DNA from: a virus
Reading direction: 5' to 3' (one strand)
Virus record (IMG/VR): IMGVR_UViG_3300027977_000008
Span: 96,001 to 160,000 of that record
Length of the DNA stretch: 64,000 nucleotides
The translations under genes and the position numbers were made by a program. Below, one piece after another: positions 18,065 to 26,083 of this stretch (positions are counted from its first letter, which is position 1; each line of letters opens with the position of its first letter). A model generated the notes under the pieces. The model searched no databases and was not told where the DNA came from. It worked only from the letters and a program-made list of their open reading frames with translations.

Positions 18065-18514
18065 ATGACAAAACTACCAAATAACCCTTTAGTTTCTGAA
18101 GTTTTTAAAGCTGCACACGGCGGTAAAACTATAGAACGAAAGATTGAAATCTTACAAGAACACAGAAGTAATCATATCAAATCACTTTTGATTTGGAACT
18201 TTGATAAAGGAATTGAAACTATTCTTCCACCTGGTGAAGTTCCTTATAGAAAGAATGAAGCACCTGCAGGAACACCAGGACATACAAGACTTGCCCATGA
18301 ATGGAAGGTGCTTTATAACTTTATCAAAGGTGGCAATGACAAGATCTCACATATGAAACGTGAGCAAATGTTTATTCAACTTCTTGAATCACTTCATGCT
18401 GATGAAGCAGAGATTGTTACTCTAGTAAAAGATAAGGAATTGCAGTCTAAGTATCGCATCACCAGGAGTGTTGTTGAGCAAGCATATCCAGAAATTGTTT
18501 GGCTAGATAAGTGA
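18065..18514 (+). CDS. Conserved T4-like phage hypothetical protein
   Basis: LIWNFD....LPPGEVPY..N, KREQMFIQLLESLH.DEAE. Confidence 0.75.
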   Translation: MTKLPNNPLVSEVFKAAHGGKTIERKIEILQEHRSNHIKSLLIWNFDKGIETILPPGEVPYRKNEAPAGTPGHTRLAHEWKVLYNFIKGGNDKISHMKREQMFIQLLESLHADEAEIVTLVKDKELQSKYRITRSVVEQAYPEIVWLDK

Positions 18515-19626
18515 TTGGAATTTTCATTGATATAACAGATCATTGCAATTCTAAATGTCCTCTTTGCACTAGACACAAAGTTTCTAAATTTACAAATGTT
18601 GTAGATTTAGTTCCTACAACATTTGTAAATAGATCATCAGTGTCTATTGAAACTTGGAAAACTTGGTTTTCCCCAAAAGTTCTTGAGAATATTTCTTTTA
18701 TAAACTTTCAAGGATCATTTGGGGAACCAAGTTTATGTGAAGATTTACTAAAAATAATTAAGTATTCAAGATTTATCAATAAAAATATTAATATTTTGAT
18801 GAGTACTAATGGAGGAACAAGGGATAAAAATTTTTGGAAGTCTCTTGGTAGACTTTTATTTTTTTCAACTCCCAACTCTAGAGTAATTTTTTCTATTGAT
18901 GGGTTAGACGATACACTAGCAGAATATAGAGTTGGGGTTGATTACAATAAAGTTATAGATAATGCCACTGCTTTCATTTCTGGTGGTGGTAATGCAGAAT
19001 GGAGGATGCTTGTCTTTAAGCATAATGAACATCAGATTGAAATCTGTAAACAAATATCCAAACAACTTGGATTTAAAAAGTTTTCCCACCAAACGGTGAA
19101 TGGGTTTTGGGATACTTCTGGCATGGGAAGTGGATCTTATAGTTACGTGTATAATGGTAAATTAAAAACTTTACAAGAAGCTTCTGACCCTAAGTATACA
19201 ACTAATCGAGGAAAGACAGAGAAAAATTCAGATATTCATTGTGACTTCAATCACAAAATAAATTCTATAGGAAATCTCAGAATAGATAGCATGGGGATAG
19301 TTCATGCTTGCTGCTATCATCAATCTAGACTAAGGTATTTTTATCCCGATTATTATATCAATAAAAATCCAGACGCAAAACCAGTTTATGATGAAAGTAT
19401 TGATAATCCTAATATGGGATCTGGTGTAAAATATTTGCATAAAATTTTTTACGATAGTATTATACCTTTGATAGAAGAGCAGGGTGGATTAAAAAGTATT
19501 AATTTAAATTACTTTTCTTTAGATGAAATTATTAACACTCCATTTTTTCAGCATAGTTTAATTTCATCGTGGAAAAATCCTGTACATATGTGCAGAGAAA
19601 ATTGTGGTATTTCTAGAATAAAATAA
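18511..19626 (+). CDS. Radical SAM protein with Cys-rich (SPASM/Twitch-like) C-terminus
   Basis: CNSKCPLC, GSFGEP, STNGG, FSIDGL, C...ACC...C...CG. Confidence 0.85.
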   Translation: MIGIFIDITDHCNSKCPLCTRHKVSKFTNVVDLVPTTFVNRSSVSIETWKTWFSPKVLENISFINFQGSFGEPSLCEDLLKIIKYSRFINKNINILMSTNGGTRDKNFWKSLGRLLFFSTPNSRVIFSIDGLDDTLAEYRVGVDYNKVIDNATAFISGGGNAEWRMLVFKHNEHQIEICKQISKQLGFKKFSHQTVNGFWDTSGMGSGSYSYVYNGKLKTLQEASDPKYTTNRGKTEKNSDIHCDFNHKINSIGNLRIDSMGIVHACCYHQSRLRYFYPDYYINKNPDAKPVYDESIDNPNMGSGVKYLHKIFYDSIIPLIEEQGGLKSINLNYFSLDEIINTPFFQHSLISSWKNPVHMCRENCGISRIK

Positions 19627-19640
19627 GTAACAAACTATAC
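19627..19640 (+). promoter_or_regulatory. Putative NtcA binding site
   Basis: GTA-ACAAACTA-TAC fits GTA-N8-TAC, 8 nt upstream of a -35 box. Confidence 0.55.
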
Positions 19641-19648
19641 AAAATTAC

Positions 19649-19677
19649 TTGCATAGATAGTGTATAGACGCTATAAT
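19649..19677 (+). promoter_or_regulatory. sigma70-type promoter
   Basis: TTGCAT-N17-TATAAT. Confidence 0.7.
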
Positions 19678-19684
19678 GTGTCTA

Positions 19685-19725
19685 CGTTCATTCGCAAATA
19701 GCGAACGCAAGTAAGTCGCGGAACG
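19685..19725 (+). ncRNA. glnA-type glutamine riboswitch aptamer 1
   Basis: P1 CGTTC/GAACG, P2 TTCGC-AAATA-GCGAA, junction CGCAAGTAAG. Confidence 0.7.
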
Positions 19726-19728
19726 GAG

Positions 19729-19894
19729 CGTTCATCTATGGAAGCAGTTCTTATTACTTGTTTGCAACTTGGACAATTAGTTGGCAGGGTTAATCAATCT
19801 TATGCTCCTGCCATAGTGAAGAGGTAAATTATAGAGGAACTCGTAAGAGTTTCGCCAAAGAAGTGCAGCATAAATGCAAACGGATGAAGGAACG
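19729..19894 (+). ncRNA. glnA-type aptamer 2, with an ORF inserted in place of P2
   Basis: Second CGTTCA at 19729 closes with ATGCAAAC-GGATGAAG-GAACG at 19874-19894. Confidence 0.55.
19738..19887 (+). pseudogene. Small ORF nested in aptamer 2, interrupted by an in-frame TAA at 19825
   Basis: MEAVLITCLQLGQLVGRVNQSYAPAIVKR*IIEELVRVSPKKCSINANG*. Confidence 0.5.
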
Positions 19895-19926
19895 GACCTA
19901 AAAATCCATTCATTCAGGAGAAACAA

Positions 19927-20058
19927 ATGACTACTGCAACGTATAGAGGAGTAAAGTATGACGTTGAAGAGCGTAAATTAAATGTTCTTCAACTTCTTAA
20001 AGATCAAATTGAAAAAGCAGAGCGCCTTAAGCAAGCACAAATGCAACTAAAAGGATGA
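19927..20058 (+). CDS. DUF4278-type small protein (not in ORF track)
   Basis: MTTATYRGVKYDVEERKLNVLQLLKDQIEKAERLKQAQMQLKG; YRGVKY motif; CAGGAG SD at 19915. Confidence 0.75.
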   Translation: MTTATYRGVKYDVEERKLNVLQLLKDQIEKAERLKQAQMQLKG

Positions 20059-20064
20059 TTGATT

Positions 20065-20100
20065 GGGAGAATTGACTTTCCCCTTTTTTATTGGTATAAT
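20065..20100 (+). terminator. Terminator overlapping the next sigma70 promoter
   Basis: GGGAGA...TTTCCC plus T-run; TTGACT(20072)-N17-TATAAT(20095). Confidence 0.6.
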
Positions 20101-20123
20101 TATTATACGGGAGGTACTATCTA

Positions 20124-20306
20124 ATGCGGTACAAGGAAACAATCCGCCTAGTCAAAAAAGCACTAGAGCAACCTTGGAAATATTCTGATGCTGAACTCTT
20201 GTACATGAGAAAGGCTTTAGATGATGCTACCTTAGGATTAGCAACAAAGAAATTTAACAAGAAAAAGAAAAAAGGATTTGGTTATCATGACAGTGCGATT
20301 GATTAG
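20124..20306 (+). CDS. Small conserved cyanophage protein upstream of thyX
   Basis: KKALEQPWKYSDAELLYMRK...KGFG; GGAGG SD. Confidence 0.6.
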   Translation: MRYKETIRLVKKALEQPWKYSDAELLYMRKALDDATLGLATKKFNKKKKKGFGYHDSAID

Positions 20307-20919
20307 TGCGACATCAGATGCAGAAAAAACAATGGCATATATTGCTAGAGTTTCTAATCCTGCAAATCAAGATAATGAAAACTATACAGGTTTGTTACGT
20401 TATTGTATCAAGCACAATCATTGGTCTGTGTTTGAGCACGCTTTTATGACTTTGGAAATTGAAACGAACCGTGGTATAGCGGCTCAAGTGCTCCGACATA
20501 GAAGTTTTACATTCCAAGAATTCTCACAACGTTATGCTGATACAAATCTTTTAGCAGAAGAAATACCATTACCAGAACTTCGTAGACAAGATACTAAAAA
20601 TCGTCAGAATTCTATTGATGATATTGATGAGGAGAAAGTATTCGTAATGAATAAGATGATTAGAGACCTGTTTAAGGACGCTCAAGACACGTACAACTTT
20701 CTTTTGGAACAAGGAGTAGCAAAAGAATGCGCTCGTTTTGTGCTTCCTTTGGCAGTAAAAACAAAAATTTATATGACTGGATCTGTCAGGTCATGGATTC
20801 ATTATATTAATCTTCGTTCTGCAAATGGAACTCAGAAGGAGCATATGGATATTGCAAATGAGTGTAAAAAAGTATTTGTGGAACAGTTTCCTGCGGTATC
20901 CGAATCACTTGAGTGGTGA
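20287..20919 (+). CDS. thyX: Flavin-dependent thymidylate synthase
   Basis: HWSVFEH and RHRSFTFQEFSQRY (RHRx7S) motifs. Confidence 0.95.
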   Translation: MTVRLISATSDAEKTMAYIARVSNPANQDNENYTGLLRYCIKHNHWSVFEHAFMTLEIETNRGIAAQVLRHRSFTFQEFSQRYADTNLLAEEIPLPELRRQDTKNRQNSIDDIDEEKVFVMNKMIRDLFKDAQDTYNFLLEQGVAKECARFVLPLAVKTKIYMTGSVRSWIHYINLRSANGTQKEHMDIANECKKVFVEQFPAVSESLEW

Positions 20920-22505
20920 TGAAAGTATTAGGAATAAACTTAGCAAAGAATGGATCTATTGCAATAGTCAATGATGGTAATCTAGAATTTTATCTTGAAG
21001 AGGAAAGAGTTACTAGGAAAAAACGTGACGTTGGTGCATATGCACTATGTGAAAAGTTTGTTGATAGCACTGTTGATGTTGCAGTTTATTCTGATTGTTT
21101 TACGCGATATTCATTTAAAAACAATCTAGAAAGAGTTACTGCTAGAAAAAAACTAGAACAACTTTTACATTCTAGGGGTGTAAAAGAAGTCTTAGATTTT
21201 TCTGATCATCATCATGAGTGTCATGCAGCATCTGCTTTTTATGGATCTGGATTTGATGATGCCGTTTGTGTTGTGATGGATGGGAAAGGATCTGTAATCC
21301 GAAAAAATGGGACTTTATTTTGTGAAACAGAAAGCATTTATAACTATGTAAATGGAAAATTTGTTTCACTATTCAAACACTATTCTTGTTTTTATAATCG
21401 TGCATTATGTGAAAAAATTGACAAACCTTTTTGGGACGGCAACAACTTATTCAGCAATCGAGTAAGTATTGGGCAAGCATTTAGATGTGTTTCTGGATAT
21501 TGTGGATTTGATGAAATTGAAGCTGGTAAAACCATGGGATTATCTTCTTATGGTTCTGGTCCAGTCAATCTTTTCAACGAAGAATACGGACATAGTTTTT
21601 GTAGTAAAGATATCTATCCTAGAGATAATACTGGATGGACAAAATATTATGGTGAAGAAACTACAAATGAAAATTTAGCATACAATCTACAGAAATCTGC
21701 TGAAAAACATGCAATCTATATGATCAAAAAGGCAGTTGAACTTTCTGGAAAAAAGAATGTTGTAGTTTCTGGTGGGTTTTTTTTGAATTGTGTTTCCAAC
21801 TATAATGTGTTAAAATCTTTAGACATAAATTTATATGCTGATCCGCTGTCATATGATGGAGGACATGCATTTGGATCTGCAATGCTAGTTTCTGATAAAA
21901 AGACAACTATGAAAACACTATACTTAGGACCAACTTATGATCTTTCTCACATTGAAGGAAAGGATACTTCGTATAGTGAAGTTGCACGACTAATTTCTGA
22001 GAAGAATATTGTTGCAATGTTTCAAGGAAGATCTGAAGCTGGTCCTAGAGCATTGGGGAACAGATCTATTCTCTATGATCCTAGAGATCCAAATGGAAAA
22101 GATCACGTCAACACAATTAAAAAACGTGAGACATTTAGACCTTTTGCGGGAACAGTTCTAAATGAATATGTTCATGAGTGGTTTGACATGGCAGGTATGG
22201 AAGAAAGTCCTTTTATGATGTATGCTGTTGATGCACATCTTGATGCTTGGGAACATATTCCTGCAATTCTTCATGTAGATAAAACCTGCAGAATTCAAAC
22301 GCTAACTAAGGAACAGAATGAACATTACTATAATTTGATTGAAGCATTTTATGAAAAGACAAGAGTTCCTATTTTATTCAATACATCTTTCAATCTTGCA
22401 GGCGAACCACTTGTAGAGACACCAGAAGATGCATTGAAAACTTTTTATAATAGTGATATCAAGTATCTTTATTTTCCCGAAGTTCAGAAACTTATAATCA
22501 AATGA
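20919..22505 (+). CDS. NodU/CmcH/TobZ-family O-carbamoyltransferase, full length
   Basis: EEERVTRKK, HHECHA, DGKG, GKTMGLSSYG, SGGFFLNC, GRSEAGPRALGNRSIL, RETFRPFA, HVDKTCRIQT, NTSFNLAGEPLV. Confidence 0.93.
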   Translation: MKVLGINLAKNGSIAIVNDGNLEFYLEEERVTRKKRDVGAYALCEKFVDSTVDVAVYSDCFTRYSFKNNLERVTARKKLEQLLHSRGVKEVLDFSDHHHECHAASAFYGSGFDDAVCVVMDGKGSVIRKNGTLFCETESIYNYVNGKFVSLFKHYSCFYNRALCEKIDKPFWDGNNLFSNRVSIGQAFRCVSGYCGFDEIEAGKTMGLSSYGSGPVNLFNEEYGHSFCSKDIYPRDNTGWTKYYGEETTNENLAYNLQKSAEKHAIYMIKKAVELSGKKNVVVSGGFFLNCVSNYNVLKSLDINLYADPLSYDGGHAFGSAMLVSDKKTTMKTLYLGPTYDLSHIEGKDTSYSEVARLISEKNIVAMFQGRSEAGPRALGNRSILYDPRDPNGKDHVNTIKKRETFRPFAGTVLNEYVHEWFDMAGMEESPFMMYAVDAHLDAWEHIPAILHVDKTCRIQTLTKEQNEHYYNLIEAFYEKTRVPILFNTSFNLAGEPLVETPEDALKTFYNSDIKYLYFPEVQKLIIK

Positions 22506-23353
22506 ATATCTTAGGAATAAATCTTTCCAATAATGGATCTATTTGCTTACTCAAAGATGGGCAAGTAGATTTTTATTTGGAAGCAGAAAGAATTACAAGA
22601 AAAAAACTTGATTATATTGTCAAAGATCTTGTAGATTATGTATCTGATGTTGATGTGATTGCAACAGTTGATGCTCATTGGGTTGGAGCTGAAAAAAATA
22701 TGCTTAGCGCAAGAGATATCGCACGGTTCAGACGTGCATTTCCCAATGCTAAACACGTTGATTACAAGAAGTCTCATCATCTAGCACATGCTGCAGGAGC
22801 ATTTTATAGTTCTAGATTTGATGAGGCAGTTTGTATTGTAGTTGATAGTAATGGATCTAGTATCGCAGATAAACTAGAAATTGAAACCATCTTTCATGCA
22901 AAGACTGACAACAGATTTCAATGGAAAACTATACATAAAAAATATTGGGATCCACCTGAAAATGGTATAGGAAAACTATTTGAATATGTGTCTAAGTTTT
23001 GTGGATTTGGTCGAGATGATGCTGGTAAAGTTATGGGATTGTCATCTTACGGATTTAATAAAGTGGATCTAAGTAATCTTGCACTTAAATCAAAAGAAGA
23101 CGCTGCATATACAATTCAAATTCTTTGGGAAGAACGTGCATTAGAACTTGCTAATCTTGCAATCAAAAAAACAAAGTGTAAGAACCTTGTATTATCTGGT
23201 GGATGTTTCTTGAACTGTGTTGTTAATTACAAACTTCGCAAACAATTACCAAAAGATGTTAAAATGTATGTTGAACCAGTTGCACATGATGGTGGAACTT
23301 CTATAGGAGCTGCTTACCTTGCCTATTACAATCCCAAAATTAAAAATTCTTGA
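22502..23353 (+). CDS. Carbamoyltransferase N-terminal (Kae1-like) domain only
   Basis: EAERITRKK, HHLAHA, GKVMGLSSYG, SGGCFLNC, DGGTSIGAA; lacks the C-terminal GPRALG domain. Confidence 0.88.
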   Translation: MNILGINLSNNGSICLLKDGQVDFYLEAERITRKKLDYIVKDLVDYVSDVDVIATVDAHWVGAEKNMLSARDIARFRRAFPNAKHVDYKKSHHLAHAAGAFYSSRFDEAVCIVVDSNGSSIADKLEIETIFHAKTDNRFQWKTIHKKYWDPPENGIGKLFEYVSKFCGFGRDDAGKVMGLSSYGFNKVDLSNLALKSKEDAAYTIQILWEERALELANLAIKKTKCKNLVLSGGCFLNCVVNYKLRKQLPKDVKMYVEPVAHDGGTSIGAAYLAYYNPKIKNS

Positions 23354-24125
23354 TATCAGTGCAACGATTGGATGCAATCTAAGTTGTAAAGGATGTAATC
23401 ATTTCAGTAATTATTTTGCCCCCGGTAGCAAATTAGATACAGATAAACTCATTCAAGATATCCACACCATCCTGCCCAGGATAGACGTAGAACGTGTCTC
23501 AGTCATTGGCGGGGAACCATTGCTCAATGTACGCTGCCGAGACATCTTACACGCTTGTCTAGAGCATACAGAGACAGTCTATCTGTATACAAATGGCATA
23601 CTTCTTAATGAAGAAAACCGAGAATGGATTGAAGAAGACTTAGAAAAATATCCTGGCATGTCTTTACGTGTTAGTATTCATACTCCAGATGTTATTGATA
23701 ACATCAACAAGGTAAAGAGTAGCAAAGTTTTTGTTACAGAACACCATGATGGCAAAGATCGATGGTTCAGTTCTATCAAACAATCTAACGGTAAAGTATA
23801 CCCTTATGTTCATAATAACATAAAACAAAGTTATGAGTTGTGCTCTTGTCCCAATACACAACTATTCGATGGTAAACTTTGGAAGTGTCCTAATGCAGCA
23901 TTTTTAAAAGAACTTCTTTATGTTACTGAACAATTAGAAGAAGATTTTTGGAAACCTTTTATTGGTGATGGATTACCAGTTGACTGTAGTGATGAGGATC
24001 TGGTAAAATTATGTGATAACTCTAGTAAACCTGAACAAATATGTAACATGTGTACTGCTAGACCATTGAAGTTTAGCGCAGCATTACAAACCAATAATCA
24101 TAAAAAGATTATTACAACACAATAA
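23319..24125 (+). CDS. Radical SAM protein
   Basis: CNLSCKGC, GGEPLL, YTNG, C.C...GKLWKCP, ICNMC. Confidence 0.88.
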   Translation: MPITIPKLKILDISATIGCNLSCKGCNHFSNYFAPGSKLDTDKLIQDIHTILPRIDVERVSVIGGEPLLNVRCRDILHACLEHTETVYLYTNGILLNEENREWIEEDLEKYPGMSLRVSIHTPDVIDNINKVKSSKVFVTEHHDGKDRWFSSIKQSNGKVYPYVHNNIKQSYELCSCPNTQLFDGKLWKCPNAAFLKELLYVTEQLEEDFWKPFIGDGLPVDCSDEDLVKLCDNSSKPEQICNMCTARPLKFSAALQTNNHKKIITTQ

Positions 24126-24147
24126 ATATTTACGAATTGAAATAATT

Positions 24148-24399
24148 ATGCCCATATATCCTGTAAGACATTTAGAAACTGGGGAAACACAGGAACTTGC
24201 TATGTCTATCTCTAATTACGATCAGTGGAGAAAAGACAATCCCGAATGGGATAAAGATTGGTCTGCTGGTGTCGCTTCTGCTGTGAGTGCTGTAGGTGAC
24301 GTTTATAGTAGAACTGATGGTGGATGGAATGAAATCCTTCACAAAGTCAGCAAAATGCCTGGTTCAAAAGTAAAACCTCAAAAAACAACGCACTTCTAA
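24148..24399 (+). CDS. Conserved cyanophage small protein upstream of phoH
   Basis: MPIYPV...TGE...QWRKDNPEWDKDWS...GWNEILHKVSKMPGS. Confidence 0.7.
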   Translation: MPIYPVRHLETGETQELAMSISNYDQWRKDNPEWDKDWSAGVASAVSAVGDVYSRTDGGWNEILHKVSKMPGSKVKPQKTTHF

Positions 24400-24400
24400 A

Positions 24401-25156
24401 ATGACCTCAAGGAAAAAAAGAACTCCTTCTCAAGTCGGCGCTGGCATGTCTGCAAAACAAATATCCAGAAAAAAACCTTTCAATATCGATATGGTGGTTG
24501 ATATTGAACCACTTACAGAAAATCAAACAAAAGTTTTTGATTCATATAAAGAAGATAAAAACTTATTTGTTTATGGTGCAGCAGGTACGGGTAAAACATT
24601 TATTACTCTTTACCTTGCATTGAAAGAAGTCCTTAATCCTTTGACTCCATACAATCGAGTTGTAATTGTACGATCATTAGTTGCAACTCGTGAAATTGGT
24701 TTCCTTCCTGGAGATCATGAAGATAAATCTTCTCTTTACCAAATTCCTTATAAGAATATGGTAAAATATATGTTTGAGTTACCCACTGACAATGACTTTG
24801 AAATGTTATGGGGTAATCTCAAGACGCAAGAAAGCATAAAGTTTTGGTCAACATCTTTCATTCGTGGTACTACTCTTGACGATTGTATTGTAATTGTTGA
24901 CGAATGCCAGAACTTGAATTTTCACGAATTAGATAGTATAATTACTAGAGTTGGTGAGAACTGCAAGATTCACTTCTGTGGTGATGCTTCGCAGTCAGAT
25001 CTTGTCAAAACAAATGAGCGACATGGAATTCTTGATTTCATGAAGATCATTCACGCAATGCCCGAATTTGATTCTTTTGAATTTGGACCTCAGGATATTG
25101 TTAGATCTGGTCTTGTCAAGAGTTACATTCTAAACAAAATTAATTTGGGTCTCTGA
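24401..25156 (+). CDS. phoH: PhoH-like ATPase
   Basis: GAAGTGKT, REIGFLPGD, FIRGTT, VDECQN, GDASQSD, DIVRS. Confidence 0.95.
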   Translation: MTSRKKRTPSQVGAGMSAKQISRKKPFNIDMVVDIEPLTENQTKVFDSYKEDKNLFVYGAAGTGKTFITLYLALKEVLNPLTPYNRVVIVRSLVATREIGFLPGDHEDKSSLYQIPYKNMVKYMFELPTDNDFEMLWGNLKTQESIKFWSTSFIRGTTLDDCIVIVDECQNLNFHELDSIITRVGENCKIHFCGDASQSDLVKTNERHGILDFMKIIHAMPEFDSFEFGPQDIVRSGLVKSYILNKINLGL

Positions 25157-25836
25157 TGTTTCAACATGTTGATATTGAGTTTCCCGCACTTAAGCGGGAA
25201 ACAATTGATGGAGTTCGATATTATGATGTAGAAGGTAGACCGATGGTATCTATTACCTCGGTCACCTCGCATTACAACAAAGAAATTTTTGTCAAATGGC
25301 GAGCGAAGATTGGTGAAGAAGAAGCAAACCGTATTTCTAAACGCTCCACAAATCGTGGTACAAAAGTACACACTTGTATAGAAAACTTCCTTTGGAATAA
25401 GAACGTTCTAGATACAGATCCTTTGCCAATGATGTTATTTACCCAGGCAAAAAAAATTCTAGGAAATATAGATAACATTTACGCTCTTGAGAAATCTTTA
25501 TACAGTAAACATCTGGGTGTTGCTGGTACTGTAGATTGTATTGCTGAGTACACGGGAGAAAGTGGTGTTCCAGAACTTGCAATCATTGACTTCAAGACTG
25601 CAGAAAAACCAAAACCAAGGGCATGGATCGAAAATTATTTTGTACAAGCAGCAGCGTATGCTTGCATGTTTTACGAAATGACTAACATCCCAGTAAAGAA
25701 ACTTGTCATTTTGATGACTTGCGAAAACGGGGAAGTTGAGGTTTACGAAGAGTATGATAAAAAACAATACATAGAAAAACTAGTTAAATACATTCAAAAA
25801 TTTGTGGAAGACAAACTAAATGACTACAAAAACTGA
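25156..25836 (+). CDS. PD-(D/E)XK exonuclease (Cas4/RecB-like)
   Basis: RGTKVH, AGTVDCIAEY, IIDFKT, YFVQAAAY. Confidence 0.85.
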   Translation: MFQHVDIEFPALKRETIDGVRYYDVEGRPMVSITSVTSHYNKEIFVKWRAKIGEEEANRISKRSTNRGTKVHTCIENFLWNKNVLDTDPLPMMLFTQAKKILGNIDNIYALEKSLYSKHLGVAGTVDCIAEYTGESGVPELAIIDFKTAEKPKPRAWIENYFVQAAAYACMFYEMTNIPVKKLVILMTCENGEVEVYEEYDKKQYIEKLVKYIQKFVEDKLNDYKN

Positions 25837-26083
25837 AATCAAATCTGTCATAAAAAGTAAATTTTTATGTCAAGATAAGTTTACTAATGACATCGAAAAC
25901 ATTGTAAAAGATAATTCTGACATGAATTATATTGAAGCAATTTGTTTTTATTGTGAACAAAATACGATTGAACTTGAATCGATTATAAAACTTATTTCCA
26001 AACCACTAAAAGAAAAACTCAAGTGTAATGCAACTAATCTAAATTATTTAAATAGAACTTCTAATGCGAAATTTTTTATCTGA
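25820..26083 (+). CDS. gp33: Late transcription co-activator gp33
   Basis: YIEAI..YCE....E.E...KLISKPLKEKLK..A..LNYL; synteny. Confidence 0.85.
   Translation: MTTKTEIKSVIKSKFLCQDKFTNDIENIVKDNSDMNYIEAICFYCEQNTIELESIIKLISKPLKEKLKCNATNLNYLNRTSNAKFFI

Noticed and set aside
17714-19827. Genome-wide TAA reassignment suggested by two in-frame TAAs
   Set aside because: TAA ends many intact genes here (e.g. gp26, gp5, cp12) and neither tRNA is an ochre suppressor (Leu anticodon UAA reads UUA)
24330-24400. Pho box upstream of phoH
   Set aside because: The gene is packed against the upstream ORF and no direct-repeat box is recognisable
25156-25836. Cas4-like nuclease as a sign of CRISPR
   Set aside because: No repeat-spacer array or other cas genes seen; this is the core phage exonuclease
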